Origin: Balanoglossus misakiensis | Taxonomy: Eukaryota; Animalia; Hemichordata | Assembly (NCBI GenBank): GCA_040954595.2 | Contig: CM082582.2 | Coordinates: 10,655,483 to 10,719,482 of the forward strand | Length of the DNA: 64,000 nt | Reading direction: 5' to 3' | Part shown: piece by piece, positions 14,240 through 28,519 of the stretch | Layout of the letters: the number at the start of each line of letters is the position of its first letter | Position numbering within the stretch: the stretch's first letter is position 1 | The notes under the pieces: generated by a model | The model's database searches: none | Seen by the model: only the letters and a program-made list of their open reading frames with translations | Told to the model about the DNA's origin: nothing | Program-made: the position numbers and the translations under genes

Positions 14240-16598
14240 CGATGATGATGATGATAAAATAATCATAACAATAATATTGATAATAATAATAACAATCAAA
14301 ATAAAGTACTCTTACCATCGGATGCAGCCATCTCAATTGCACTCTCTACCCTTATGAGACTAGCGTCCTCCCGCTCGGGTCTCCCAAACACCGGCTCGCT
14401 CTCTACTCGGGTCAGAGACGACATCGATGCGCTGGAATTCATGGTGGTTTCTGGCTCACCTTCGTTCACTCTCCCCGGGAACGCCTCCGTCAGTTGCTGT
14501 CCCTCGGCGACGCTGGTGGTCATCATTTCCCCTTCACTCTGTTCCTGAACACAAACGTACATAGATGAGTGATGAAGAAATTGGCCTGCCTGTTGCCATG
14601 GCCACGGTTGTTGCCATGACCATGGGGGGGGGGGGGGGGGTGAACTTTGCAAACCATATGTAGTACATGTATATTAGAATACAATGTATGTGGAATTGAG
14701 ATTTGACCTTTGAACTTTGCCTGATAGACAAAGGCTAATAAAACTGTATGCCAGCACATTGTTCACAACACAGCCACCACCAAATTTATATGTATGTTTT
14801 TGAACACAAAATATGAAAGGTGGTATAAAGCAAACCTTGTCGTCAATCTTTTTATTTATAAACTGGCTCCACGGATCAGGTAGGCTTCCTTGCTCATTGG
14901 TAAATGCTGTTGTGTCTGTTGAATGGAGAGCTCTGGAGTTGATCCTTAGTAAATGACAGGCATGCGTTCCGAATGATGACTTCATACTCTGATACAGCCC
15001 TTCAGCTCTGAAAGGAACCATGAAAGGTGGGGGTGTCAATTATAGGGGATATCAGTAGAGGGAAATTACAGGAAGGTCAAATAGAGGTCACTCGCAAGAA
15101 AAGTCACATGTCCAGTACAAAGAAGCTGACAAGTGAAAACAAATAATCCCAACTTACTTTTCTTCATCTCCTTCGACTTGGTCGTGCAACAAGACGTAGT
15201 ATTTGAAAATATTGTTGTTGAACCACTTGGGATAACTTGTCTTGGAATTAAACTGATGCTGATTCTGTTGCTGGCTTAGTTTGATGAACTGATCCATGGG
15301 ATCAGTGTGTGCAGTGGATACCACCAACAGACCTGGTGATTCCGTGTGTCAAGGAATACACTTGAAAACTAGTCATAATGTGGGGGAAACACTTCCCAGG
15401 GAAAGGTCAGTTTCTCTGACTGTTGGGGATCGGGGGAGGGGGGGGGGCAATAGAGCAATAGTAAAGGATACAGGCTACAAAGTGCTTCAGAAACTCATGT
15501 TCCGATGGAATCTGAACGGTGTGCAGGAAAGACTCTCTGTACGCTTCAAACCATGGGGTAGATGCTGTGAGGGGAAAGAGAGAAAAAACGTTATTCGTCA
15601 AAAGTTGATTTGGGATCCTTTGACAATGTAGGTTTATCTGTACAGAGACTAACATGCCACTGACAAGCAAGACTTCTTGATTCAAGAATTCTCCTTGTCC
15701 CTAGTGCAATATTCATGTACCCATCACATCAAGAAATGTACCCTTTTAAATGCACGAAGGGTTCGATAAAAATCCTACACTTACGACTGATCTGCAGATC
15801 ATAGTTTCCAACACTCAGCACGTTGGTTCTGCTTCCTTCTGCAATCTGCGGAAGTTGGGCATTAGATACAGCTTCATTGGTTATCTTCCGGGCAATGGTT
15901 GGTGATGGTGGTTGCATGTTCATCTCGTTGACAATGATACGAAGGTTTCGTATCGAATGGGTCTGCCCAGACGGGTCCCGTATGTGCGCTGAAATAGATC
16001 CAAATACAGATTCTCATTGTTGACATTGGTCTAGACTGTCTGAGCATGGAGTAGCACAGCTAGCTCCATGGTCATGATGGTCTGTGTTTGGGACTATGAA
16101 CCCTGATCTTGACCGATGTAGATGCGCAGACCAGCCAGTATTTATATGAGTGTAAATATTGTTAGCAGGCAACAGAAATAGCACTGCTGAGGATGACGAA
16201 CGCATTTTTCACTGGTGATCCATGCACTGTGTCAATTTGGGTTTTATTGAATGATAACCCGTGAATAGTTGAAAGTGACACAGCTGACGTCTGCTCATCG
16301 GATCAGAAGATGATCAGTGGGCGTGAATGATACCGGATGTGTCATTTATTTACAGACTGAAGGCATGTTTATCAAAATCGTGGCAAGCTCAGGGCAAGAC
16401 ACACACTGGACAAGAGATAGATCATAAATTGCTGTATTTACCTTCTGTCGTTAGTTTGCAAAATGGTCGCACCATCTCCACGAATGTCAGGTTATTTTTC
16501 TGGCACAGGACTTCGGCGTCATGGCTGCACAGCACAGCAACCATCGGTCCGAAAGCATTCTGTATAAATTCTTGGGCACTCTGGGCGCATTGTGCCAT
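7255..16598 (-). CDS. TRAPPC8: Trafficking protein particle complex subunit 8 (TRAPPIII, Trs85 homolog), multi-exon
   Basis: Starts MAQCAQSAQEFIQNAFGPMVAVLCS; contains TPWFEAYRESFL, SEHEFLKHFVAC, DRLRIFIHEFTVRGLL, YPLESPELQMRRLGDLAFL, LLEQAAHCFINM..PMVRKYAFHMILAGHRYSKAGQ, DHINFTIGRQ, QQAAFLREYL, GPDRRLDPII; stop codon at 7255-7257. Confidence 0.96.
14188..14255. repeat. (ATG)n microsatellite in a TRAPPC8 intron
   Basis: About 22 ATG units with one interruption, read directly. Confidence 0.95.
15333..15471 (-). other. U12-type (minor spliceosome) GT-AG intron in TRAPPC8
   Basis: 5' site GTATCCTTTAC, branch site TTCCTTGAC (15356-15348) close to the AG, no polypyrimidine tract; removal gives in-frame HFVAC|LLVVST. 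Confidence 0.9.
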
Positions 16599-16720
16599 GG
16601 CTCTTTCTGGTGCCTGTGTTCGGTATCTTCCGAATAATCCCCGTTTCAGCGATTAACACAGCTTTAATTGCTGATGTTGTGCAAATTTCAACTCTGGCTA
16701 CGTTTTATGTGATACGGTGC

Positions 16721-16784
16721 TCGCCATTTTGAATAGAGAATTATGGGGTGTTTCCCATACGGTGTGAGGCATTGTGGGAAAACT
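16721..16784 (-). promoter_or_regulatory. TRAPPC8 promoter motifs: YY1-like CAAAATGGCG and ZNF143/Staf-like TTCCCACAATGC
   Basis: Both consensus matches lie about 125-185 bp upstream of the ATG, typical of housekeeping promoters. Confidence 0.55.
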
Positions 16785-17478
16785 CACGGCGCCGGCTGCG
16801 CTGATATAACCAAATGCATGCAATCGTACATTGATTTCTCTTCACAGTGGGTATTCTCGCAGACAGCTTCAAAGAATAAATTATTTTGATTTTATGGATA
16901 TTAAATATGTTACTTGTACTTTTATTTCCCCGAAAAAGTTATGTTTGATTAGGGTCGTATAATGTATAAAGTTTGAACCATACAAACCATGTGCTTGATC
17001 ACCAGAAAGTACTATCAAAGTCAATCTGATTTACTTTTGCTGATTCTTGGCTTTTGTGTTCGGGAGGGGCCCAGAAAGGAGTGGCACGTACGCCCCAGAA
17101 GAGAGCCATAATGGCCAAAAATACTAGTATCCAGCACCCAACTCCGTACATCTGATTTTAATCAGGTTGCATCAAATTGAAATTAAGCTTTCGTTTTGAT
17201 TTTAGCAGTGGGCTGGAATAGATGCCAACATTTTGCTTTCGATCTTTAAAATGTGAATAACTCAATTAATATTTTAATTTGCGATCCTACGGCGATCATT
17301 TGTCATTTTATTCAATATCATATTTATAATGCTGATGGGTTTGATTTTCGGTGCCCATCTTGCCACTCATTTTTTTTCTACACAACTTTATAACCGTGTT
17401 TCTGTCAATCTTTCTCCCCAAGATTTCACTCTACTTTTTCTGCCATAGCGTAAAACGCATCTGAGGATTGAGTGGACT

Positions 17479-17480
<2 letters not shown>

Positions 17481-17529
<49 letters not shown>
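17481..17529. repeat. (GA)n microsatellite
   Basis: About 24 GA units. Confidence 0.95.
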
Positions 17530-17533
<4 letters not shown>

Positions 17534-20500
17534 CTTTTGAACTTTCGTTTTTATACTGGAACGCTCCCGACGTCTTTGACCACGTGCTCGATTCCCGGCA
17601 GATGAATGAACAAACGAGGCATGCTTGATATTCATGACGAGGTCGGGGCTATGGCAAACAGCACATAGTGGGCGGTTACGTCCATTGCTACGCTTCTATG
17701 AGAATATCTAATGTCAAATAAAACATATTCGAGCAAATGCACAGACACTTTGAGTGGTAATTTTTGTTGAAGAACATTTCATTTTATACGATTACTATTT
17801 ATAATATAGGGTGATCGAACCGTCAAAATTTGCCGCACCTTTATTTTTCTGACCATGTGCTCTGCGTGGCCATCAAATAATATTTCAAGTATGTAAATGA
17901 TGTACAGCGCGAAACTTGACACCACCAAACAAAAAGATTAGCATATGGAATTCATTTATCATGCAAATTGGGCGAACGCCAGCGAATGACTTTCCCTCAT
18001 GTCAAATTCCGATTTTCCCGCCATTCCTACTTTAAGTATACACATGCAGATGATGCAACACCATTAACACGTCTGGCGAGTACATGAAAGGGAGATCGAG
18101 GTAAGAAAATTGAATTTTAATTATCACAAATGTTTATCTCTACTTAAAGTGACTCCTTTAAACATCTGGAAGATATGTATTGACTTATATCTGACGGGAA
18201 AAATGTAATCGCGTGTTTTGATCGCTGCTATCACACGATTAAAAACTAAACTGGGAGTGTCATGACATGTACACAAAACCGGTCCCCGTCGCGTTAGTCG
18301 TTGTTATGGTAGTATGCTCGCCAAATTACAATATTTTCACAGGTTTTTCTCCCATTGTTGTTTGAGATGGTCCACTTTCAGGTCCAGGTGCAGTGGGCCT
18401 ATCGATCGCGGAGACTTGTCAACATCTGTGACATTCCGAAGTCGGGCAACCTTCATAACAAAACACTGAACCCGGCGAACAATCGCCATGTGCGAATCAT
18501 TTCAAAACATATTGAAACGTAAACAGTGCCGACAACCGCAGCTACTCTGAAACTGTTTGTTGTCGTTTCACCTACACGGTTAAACCATGGTTAAACGTGG
18601 AGCTTTTTCTCGATGTTTTGAATCTTTGTTTGTTGTGTGATCTTTTTGACCCCATTTCTCCAAGACCCGGCTTCGTTCCCCAGGACCATTGAAACCCAAT
18701 GAAAAGAACATTAACCATTGTGCGCGTTTTTTCCCGTGCTTTTCATGTTGCCGTATGGCGACCGCGCTTATGCAAATACATTCACACAATGGCATTACAA
18801 CCGCATGTCAATGGGACTTAAACTTTCCGCGCGGGAAAAACGATTGGTAATACAATCGACATCATTCAGTCTATCCCGCGAAATTCCAATAAACATTGGG
18901 GGGAAAATCGTGAGGAAGTTAATATTTACTTGACGCGATCTACGCGTCCGCGCCCCATGCGTCATTTGTGGCGGAAGTACATATGCATAACACGCTGTGT
19001 TACTTTCACAGTAGTAGTCCTTGATCGTGATCAACGCATTGCAGTAAAACGTAGCTGGAGGTTTTGCCTTGTGTTTAGAGCCTAAGGTTGGACAGTTTTG
19101 CCACCTAACCGCCACCAATAGTCAAAACTTCCAGCTGTGGTACTGCATGTAGATTTCATGGTGCTGAATCATATTTCACACTCACATTATAATGTACTGT
19201 AATTTCAAAAGTTGTTTCACAAAATATGACTCATTAAAAGTGCACCACACTTGTGCTAATAAATATGTCTCTGGCTTGACTGTTGTGTGTGACAATCAGA
19301 CAAGTAATTGCACTATTTCTTCTGTTACTACGGTAACAGCAAAACCATAGAAATGACTGGTGAAAAATTCTAACTTTAATCTTGGGAGAGATGTGTATCA
19401 AATGACAAGTTTGTAGCAAGAATAGGGGGATCATGAACATTCTAACACATGCAGTGAGAATTTTGTTCACCATCATTGTAATAAACTTCAAAAGAAACGA
19501 AGAGGGGAAACTGACATGCTTTTGCTGAAATGTTAGTGCCCATACAACAAATAAATGGTTACAATGTGACAAAGGCGGGGACAAAGGTCAGCACTTTTAT
19601 TGCTTAGACATGCCAATATTTCTTATCCAAGTGTTTTTTTGTTTGATTTAAGTCAGGATTGCACTTCAAGCTGCCTTTACTGTCCCCCTTTTTTGACAAT
19701 GTCCAATTTACATTGTCGTAAACAGCAGCGTTTGGCTTGTAGGTAAAGTCCGAGGTCAATTCTCTGCATGTATTTCATGTTGTCACTGTTGTCAATTTCA
19801 GGTAGAAGTATTACACATTCAAAAAATCGGTGAAAAAGAAAATGTAAAACTTTACATCATTTATGAAATTAAAGAAAGTCTGCAGTGCAGAGATAAAGTT
19901 CTGTTGCAGTGGCAAGTTCACATCTTGTATTGTGATATTTTCTTCCTATACAAATCTAATCCTAATATCTCGCTATTGATTGGACTACAAAAGACTTAAC
20001 CCGGATTTCAAAAAGGACAGTAAACCAAAAGGAGCAAAGGAATATGTGCATTTCTACACAAGTGTGTGTATTTATGCACCTGTTCTTTTGTGTGTTTGTA
20101 CCATCACGTGATTTTGAAGTACACTTTACTGCCTTGTATCTACCATAATACTGCAGTTTAATGCGTCATTTTATTTCAGCATCGACCTGGTTGCTGTTAT
20201 TACCAGAAACAATACATTTAGCTCTCCAAAGTCCATTCTCTGTGTTCTTCAAGTGGCGGTGTTGGGAATTCGATTTGAAGGGGCTGTCTTCATTAACCAC
20301 AGGGAAAAAATGTGTTACAATATCTCCCCTGCTTCATTTTAATGTCATGTAAAATTTGCCAGTGGCATTATAGCTATATATGTAGTTTACAAGGATTCTT
20401 ATGGGTAATAATTCACTGTCCTTGCCTGACGACCACCATACGGGCAGGCAGGCCCCAACACATCCATTCTTCAAAGCAAAGACTATGTTGGACCTACATG

Positions 20501-23500
20501 AAGATTTTAAAAAACAAGGTCACAAGAGAGGTCACAATTTTTTTAATACACATATTTGCTGTTTGTCGATCCATAACTCCTTGAAGATTAAAATTTGCAG
20601 AGACTCAAGGAAAATTGTCAGGGACATATGTAGGTTCATCCTTATTTTCTCACAAAGTTAACAATTCACTAGATTCTCTTGGTAAAATTTTCCTCAGTTT
20701 TGTCTAGCTTATAAACCTACAAAAGATAAATTTTGTACATGTACACCTTACGAATCAATTTAACTGAAATGTCAGTCTTTGAGCATATTGATTTCAATTG
20801 ATTTGAAGATTGCTCTAACCAAACCAAGGTAGTATTATACAAATCTGTTTAATGTGCACAGAGTATCAAATTAAATATCTTTATATTTATTTTTATCAGA
20901 TTGATGTGATATCTGAATTGTTGACCTGTCAAAAGATTATCATTTCAGCTGCCCGATAGTGGCATATGGTCTTCCTGATGATGTTAATTATAAATTCAAA
21001 ATTTAGTATAAATTTAACAGAATTTTGATAAAGCCTTCTCGTGTAAAGAGGGGCTGTATCATATTAAATTGATTTGGTAATAATTAACACAATTGCAGAA
21101 CTGCTTGACAGTTTAGAGCTCTATCTTCCACTCTTGGTAAGATGGAAAAGTGTATAGCTTCAAATGGTGAGGGAATTTTTGAAGATTTTCTAAATTTTTG
21201 AATTGGTGGTTAGGATTCCCAGGAATGTGAGAAACGATGCAAAACTTCCAATTTACTCCCTAGGCTGTGCGCAATTTTCACAATGGCTGGTACTTCTGAA
21301 ATTATTGTCGGTTATAAATCCATAAAAAAGTGAAAAAAAATGTTGAAATAGGTCAAGTAGTTTGCTGTTAAGTACAGAGAAACATCAGTGAGTGTTTGTG
21401 GGTTGGGGCGTGCGGTAAACTGGGTCAGTGTTGTTTGTTTTGGAAAGTTTTAATTACTGCAAGGCATCCCCCCATACTAGGGAAAACTATTCCCCGGCCG
21501 GCCGTGGAATGAATGACCTCAGCAATGTTGTTCTTGAGTTGAATGAAACCTTGTTGTGTCTGGGTGCTACTGGCCGTTGCAATCTTGTAAGCCAGGGCTG
21601 AGTTGCTTTTGTATCCCATCAATGGTTTTCTTCATCTCTTGAGAGGTACATCCGGACAGACCCCCTGCACCAATTATTCTATTTGTGTAAAGTAAGGTAT
21701 GTCTACAGTATACTTTTTATGGAACAGTGGATAAGAAAGGAATGCCATGAGAGATGCCGTAATTGCATGCTGGTAGACAAAAACCTAATTTTGGCTTTTG
21801 AAATATTGCTTTAAATGGCACGGATTGGGCTAAAATGGCAGCCGAGACCACACCGCACTGGTGAAAAATATATCTCAGGTTAATGATGGCAGTTTGACAA
21901 TACTTCCAGAGACAGTTTTGACCGGGTTCAACCTGAGGACCACTTAAGCCTCACAGTACAGTGTGTATTCTTCACTCCACCAGACGTACATTGATAAAAG
22001 CCATAAACAACCGAAGTTGGCGCCACAATGCTTTGAGAGGAATTGCCCTATTTTCACCATCACCAGTTATCCCAAATTTCTTTATTGGGTGGTAGAAATG
22101 TTTAAAAATATAACCGAAACACCAATCTAGGTGGTTCTTTGCGTTTGGCCCAAGCCAATCAAACTGCGTGTACTAACAGATTGCAGTTAGATTCCTAAGC
22201 AGAGTTTTATACTGAAATAGTAGCACGCGTACATGAATAACCAAACCATATGGTATTTAATTTTTGTAATTTATATATCAATGCGAATTGCCCACAGTCC
22301 TGACGTATATAGTTACATAACATTATTACGAGGTGACTGTTGGGAGCTGATGTAATGATGAGAACGTCCAAAATAGAGCTCGCATGCAGGCTTGCAATTA
22401 CATATGGAGACCCGATCAGGCCTTGTGGGGGAAATGATGTCAAACATTCCTGTAATGAGTTGCAAGGTTAATGGAAGAAACCGCATGGTAGGATGAAACG
22501 GACCCAACTGTGTGTGACCTACATAATATTTCCTTGACCAGTCCAACTACTGTGATACTATGCTTGTTTGTGGTCTAGACTGCATTCGCACAAAAGTGTT
22601 CAACATGTAGTAATAAAAGGCTACAACAGAAATTTCCGGGAGGACCCGCAATATTATCATTCTTTATTCGAACGTGCCACGTACACTCAATTCAAAACGT
22701 GACCATCCATGGAAACACAGGTGTAACTGTTGCTAATTATAATGTGCGTGTAGTTTTGTCCATGTGTCACTCACTACAGCAAGAGTGGGCGAATTACTAG
22801 TTACGATGGCTCACTTGCTACTTCCATGTGACATTTGTCATTCACCTTTGACCTTGTATGTCTTTGTTGTATGTGTCTCAGGCAACATCGCTCAAACACA
22901 ATGGCAAAGATCACAGTGCTTAGAGTCTTTCTTTTATAAACAGAAAGTGTTTCTTTGTAACGCCCAAGTCATGGCCACTAGGTGTCATTTCTGTTATCTC
23001 TGTCCTCCAGTTTGCACACACGACATTGTTACCCCCCCCCCTCCCTCCCCACGTAATCAGCCCCTTCAAAGCTGTACAGACAAATAAAATTACACCAGCG
23101 TTATTGGCAGCCCAATCAGACAGGTATTGTTATATGGTTACATAAAACTGAATGCATTCATTAAACCTTTCTGTGTGAGAAGGTTTGTCCCATTGGAGGC
23201 ACTCACAGGAAATTCAATACAATATAGCTGTGGTTTTCCCATTAGCTCATGCAATAACGACTATGATTGATAAATGTAAGATATTAGTATAATATGGGAT
23301 TCCGTGTTAGTACATGTTGTAAACAGAAGGTGGATTTTGGTGTTTTAAATTGCTTGAGTGTTTTGTCTGTGAACAGATATAGAAGAGAGGAACATGATGT
23401 ATTGGGATTCTAGAACAGGCATTTTCTATGTGTGTTTGCATTTGGATAAACATAGTTTTGTAAATATAGATATGAATGATGCTGTACTGTTGACCAAAGA

Positions 23501-26500
23501 ATGGCTGCAGTGGATATTAGGTTTAAATTTGGTTGACTGCAAATATATGCATGCACCAGTAAGTTTAAGGAAGAAAACTCTGTGTAGCTTGATTGTTGAC
23601 AATTTATTTTTAAAATGGAAAAAATATGCTAATAAAAGCCTTATCTTGACTTACATTTTATTGCGCTATTCTTTTTAGTGAGTTATTGGTTTATCAACCC
23701 ATGAAAAGTTTCTGGCATTTATTGCATTATTATGATGAATTATTGGCCAGTTTTCAATTGTTCAATGCACGATGTGTCAAATAAAACCTGTAAATTTCAT
23801 TTGGCACAATGCAACATGATGACACGTACGGTACAGACGTCAGGTTTCTGAAGGGATTAAACAGCAAAAATATGAGAAAATTTGTGTCGTTGAAGTACAA
23901 TGGTTCGATAAACCATACAAGCCTGACCGTGCTGGTTGTTGGCAGTAACCACGTGCTGCTTTTATGATGCAATACAAGCCAGAACATTTCTTGACCGAGT
24001 TTGAAGTTCGACACAGCAATCATCTGTATCAAACACTCTGTGTTTGCAGATCTGTCACTGTGTCATACAAATGTCACATACCGCAAATATATCATATGTC
24101 GTTTGGCAAACACACACGTTTCACAATGATGCAATACCGAAATCTGCTTCCATTTGAGCATTTCACCGGGTTGTGCGGCCGATCTTCTAGAGCAGGTGAG
24201 AGAGTAAATTAATTGTGATATCTGTGAATTTTCCGGTCCGAAAGTAGTATGTGCTACTGATTTTGATTAATGACGGCCGGCAATTAGAGAACCCCATATC
24301 CAGTGAGCAAAAACCACGTGTTCGGGTGTACATGTTTGTACAAGCACTGGGTGCTGCACAGACTGTATTTCCTTGGGGCCAGTTCTCGATTGAACCGGTT
24401 TTATATTTTATATGCAAGAACACAGCAAGAATTTTTTGCAAATTATTCACCAGTCTCTTAACCTTTATTGGAGGGCCCGGCATGTGCGTGCCATAAATGA
24501 AAATTCTGGCATTAATCTCACTATCAGCGCAGCTTAGTAATTTACAATACACAGGTGTATGCGCTGTAATAAAGAAAGGTGTCATAAAGTCAGGGTGTGT
24601 TCGCTGAAAACCTACTATTTGAATGAGAGGAGCCTCTTAAACCCAGTAATAAAATGGAGTTCAGTGCTTATTTGATGTGCTTGCAGAATATCCAGCACTT
24701 GAGGCACGTGTAGAATGGGAAAAGCATGTTACATGGTCCTTTTCCGTCAACAATAACCGTCCTTCACTGCTGTTTACTGGGACATTTATCTGCAGCTTGT
24801 CCATCTTTGTTATGTTGAAAGTCTCTGTACTATACCTTGAAGTTTAAACCTACTCCTGACTGTGGTACTCCAACACAAACTGCAAATGAGCTGGTTAACT
24901 TCCTTGATAATTTTCCAACTCCACAAATCATATTATGTCATGAAAAAAGCTAAAAATTTGTTCAGGAATGTCAAGTCAAATATTGCTGTGTTTTGTATTT
25001 GCAAAGACATTACCTGGGTCTGAAACAAATCATTTCAAGATGGAGATTATATGCTGACCCTAACCTACTTTCTGCAGGTCAGCTTGATGACCGCCCCTGG
25101 CTACCCGTGCAGGCAAAGTGGTTTTCCACCTCACGCAAGCCATTTACCAGGCACGGTCAAACGTCCGAGTTCGGAAAAGGAATATAGATGAGCCAACAAA
25201 GTTGATTAAAATCAGATGTAGAATTGGCTTCTAGTTCTTTGTTGTTCTGTCCTGGAATCATCCGCGAGTAGAACATCAGAGAACCAGCAAATGTAAAGAT
25301 CGAGCCAACTCTATATCTGCTTGATGGGCCACCATTAATTCAAACTTTACCTGAAAAATCCATTAGTTTGTTCTTATTTCACAAAATGCATACATAAAAT
25401 TTGTGCATATGTGTAATTTAACCAGCATGTGAGAACCTGTTTCTGCTAATGGCGATGCATCGGAACCATCCTCTATATGAACTGTCAAATATGCTGAAAA
25501 AAATATGACAAATTAGGACCTCATAAAATGAAAATAGCATTAAAAATGGAATAAAAATTGGCTGTACGGTAGTCTCTTAGTTATTAGGCACTAGCTGGTC
25601 AATAATCGTGACGCTAATTAGTGATAGTTCAATAACAGAAGAGATTGTTCGATATTGCTGCTTGTAAGTATTTGTGGGCGCTTGTCGCGGGATTCAATAT
25701 GTATTATGAGAAAAACTTCACGATGGAGTTTGGTATGTTTGAGAATCTGTGGAAATTCGCAAAACCACAGAGAAAGGGGGCTGGTCATATGTGGAAGTCT
25801 CCGAAGAACTGCTGTCCATGTGATAAGATGGTAGTTTTTTTGCACCCTTTGGGGCCGAGACGTACCCACAATCAGTCGCTGAGATAAGCTTACCATTGGC
25901 GGGTTTTTAAATTGTAATTTGATTGGACGGGCTGTAATTGAAGTGCATTGTTGGCTCGCGGGCCATTCAGGTCAGCGGTCTCTCTCACCAACCACAATTA
26001 AGCTAATGCAGTCTGTGTGTTTTCTCAATCCAGTTTCCTGTCATTGGTCCATTGGCTTGTGAAGTGAATTTTTGGAAGAGGGTGCATTTGGTCTCCAGAA
26101 GGCGGTACAAGACGGTAGGACGCGGCACCGAAAGAAAGTCAAGGTGAGATAACTTCTCCCGAGTTGTCGTGACGACAAGAGTGTTTGTTTGTTGCCGTGT
26201 AACTTTTCTTAAAATCTGTGGATGCAGTTGATAATAGGCACAGCTGGTTATAGTGCTTGTTGCTCTGCCTTGAAAGAGAAGTGTATTCTCTGAGCTTTGC
26301 AATAACTTCCGTCCAATAGGTTCTGACGCAAAAAGGGGTCCATTGTGCGGGGGTCGACCCCCAGACCTCAGTGCCTGTAGAGTACTCTCGTAGCCAACAA
26401 ACACTGAGACATGTTCATTGTGGTCAAATTAGGAAACGCTAATTTCACATGCCAAGCATATGGGGTCTCCTAAATTGCCTTGCCAAGTTTTTAATCTCCA

Positions 26501-28437
26501 TTTTCATGCAGTCTGTTCTTCATCTGATGTTTGAAATGAAGTTGGCAATTCACTAATCATATCGGGGAGAACAACTGTGCCAATTTTACACTTGTTTACA
26601 ATGTTGGCTTCAACTTGCAGGTTTTTGTGACAATGAAGCCAGCTAGAAAGCCCCTTGCAAATCCTTTGATCATTATTAAATTGAATTACCGTAATGCTAC
26701 GGGTACTTTGAACTCCCCCCCCCCCCCCACCCAGACTTCTTGAGTGCGTAGAAGGGAGTTGCTTCAAAAATTGCGACCTTCAGTCCTGTGTCTCTGCCTC
26801 TCACTTCTCCCAGTTGCAAGGCAGTAACCTCACTCTCTCAGTGAGGGTCAGGTCACTGTCATTGTGACATGACTGCATGTATCATGGAAGTCAATGTCAC
26901 CTTGCCCCCTCCACCCATCATGGTTGCTAAGAAACCAAACTGACTACGAATTGGGGGTTTGAAAGTGGTTAACCCATGCAGTCACTGCGTGAAAACTGCA
27001 AACTCGTCAAATTCTTAAAGACCTTCAGTGTTAACCCTGTAGATATTTCACAGCCTCGATAAGTTGATGTAAAAAACATTCAAGGGTTTTGAGACCAAAA
27101 CACAATCAATACCATCCTCGACTTGTTGAGAGAAAAAAGTCTCCTGCATAACCTAATTTCTGTTGTGGTATTATAGTATTGAACATTGATGTAAAACAAG
27201 AAAATCAATAATAGGCCAGTTTTACTGAACCAAACGGTAAAATATCCTGTTTCAATTTTTAAAACAAAACATGAAAAGAACATGACACTGGTGAAACAAT
27301 TCTCATGAAATGACAAGTTCATAAGGATGAGAGACAGGTGTTTTTGTCTTAACTGGCATTTAAAAAAATACAGAACACATATATACGCTTGGAGAAATCA
27401 ATGACTATGTTTTGTCAGGATAAGCTTAACTTTTCTTCTTCATTATTCCCTATTGTAACATTTAATGATCAACACTTTCAAATATTTGAATAAAACTTAC
27501 CATAATACCGATACTCTAGATGAAAGGAATCATTCCTCACATCGAATGCGGTTTTATTCCTTTCATCAATTTCTTGTACATTTAATATGTAAATGTATGT
27601 AAATACCAGGCAAATTTGCTACCATTCTGTCACAAAATCCTGCAAAGAAACAAAAAGCGCAGTTCTTGTATAATTTGACTCAGACCGTACACTGAGAGTC
27701 CAACAATTATTTTTCTAAACAGGAGAGCCACTAAAACCTGCATCCTATATAAAAAGGATAATCATTTTTTTTGGCAAAACTAGATTTCAACATGTGAAAA
27801 CTTGAAAACTATCTTTTTTTTAATTAAAATTTCTAACAAGTGTCAAACCTGATGCATGCCAGAGCTTGAAATCTTTGTTGTATTTTTTTGTGAATGGATA
27901 TGAAGCCAAATAAAACTATTTTTGTTTTAAAAACAGCATGTTTTCATGATTCATATCCTCTGAAAAACACCATCTAGTTTTATGACAAAAAATGTGATCC
28001 TGTGTTGTGTTGTTTCATCATTATTTATTTTTGAGGCACAAATAACGAGCGAGAGTTGTCTTCGCCCCTCGAGATAAATATTTCAGTACATCTGTATTCG
28101 TTCAGTGCGGGTGATGGACTTTGCAATAAAAAAAAGCTGAATGTTGATAAAGTCACGCCTCAGTTGGAGCTGGAATCCATGTCTGTTCCAGCACTTTATT
28201 CCCGTTGATCCTCGGGAAACATGTTAATTACCCCCTGTACGTTTCAGCAGTTTTCTCCTAGACATTGCGTTTCATTGCAAACTTGGTTTCCACACTTTCA
28301 CCGGCCAAATTAATTGGAGTCAGGCTGTGTAGTACACTGATTGCATACAACGCCCTTTCAATTCAAGGATATGAAAATTAAATTTTCTGACGAGTCAGGT
28401 TTTTTTCAGTCAGTTGGTGTATTTAGTTGGATAGGTT

Positions 28438-28519
28438 TTAACCCCTTTGAACCCAGACCCCATGGTGACCTATGACATCATTTGAACGTTCCCTTGTGAG
28501 CCCCGGTTCAAAGGGTTAA
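28438..28519. mobile_element. Tiny piggyBac-like MITE
   Basis: TTAA-CCCCTTTGAACC ... GGTTCAAAGGG-TTAA: short TIRs with CCC/GGG ends and TTAA on both sides. Confidence 0.55.

Noticed and set aside
13692-14342. Poly-Ile and poly-Ser ORFs in the ORF track
   Set aside because: Translation of the intronic (ATG)n microsatellite.
1665-14605. RFX X-box-like palindromes (GTTGCCATAGCAAC at about 1665, GTAACCATGGCAGC at about 5166, GTTGCCATGGCCAC at about 14592)
   Set aside because: Scattered in exon, UTR and intron with no promoter association; cannot support function.
21425-21660. GC-richer patch with a short minus-strand ORF in the intergenic region
   Set aside because: No recognisable protein motif or consistent splice sites.
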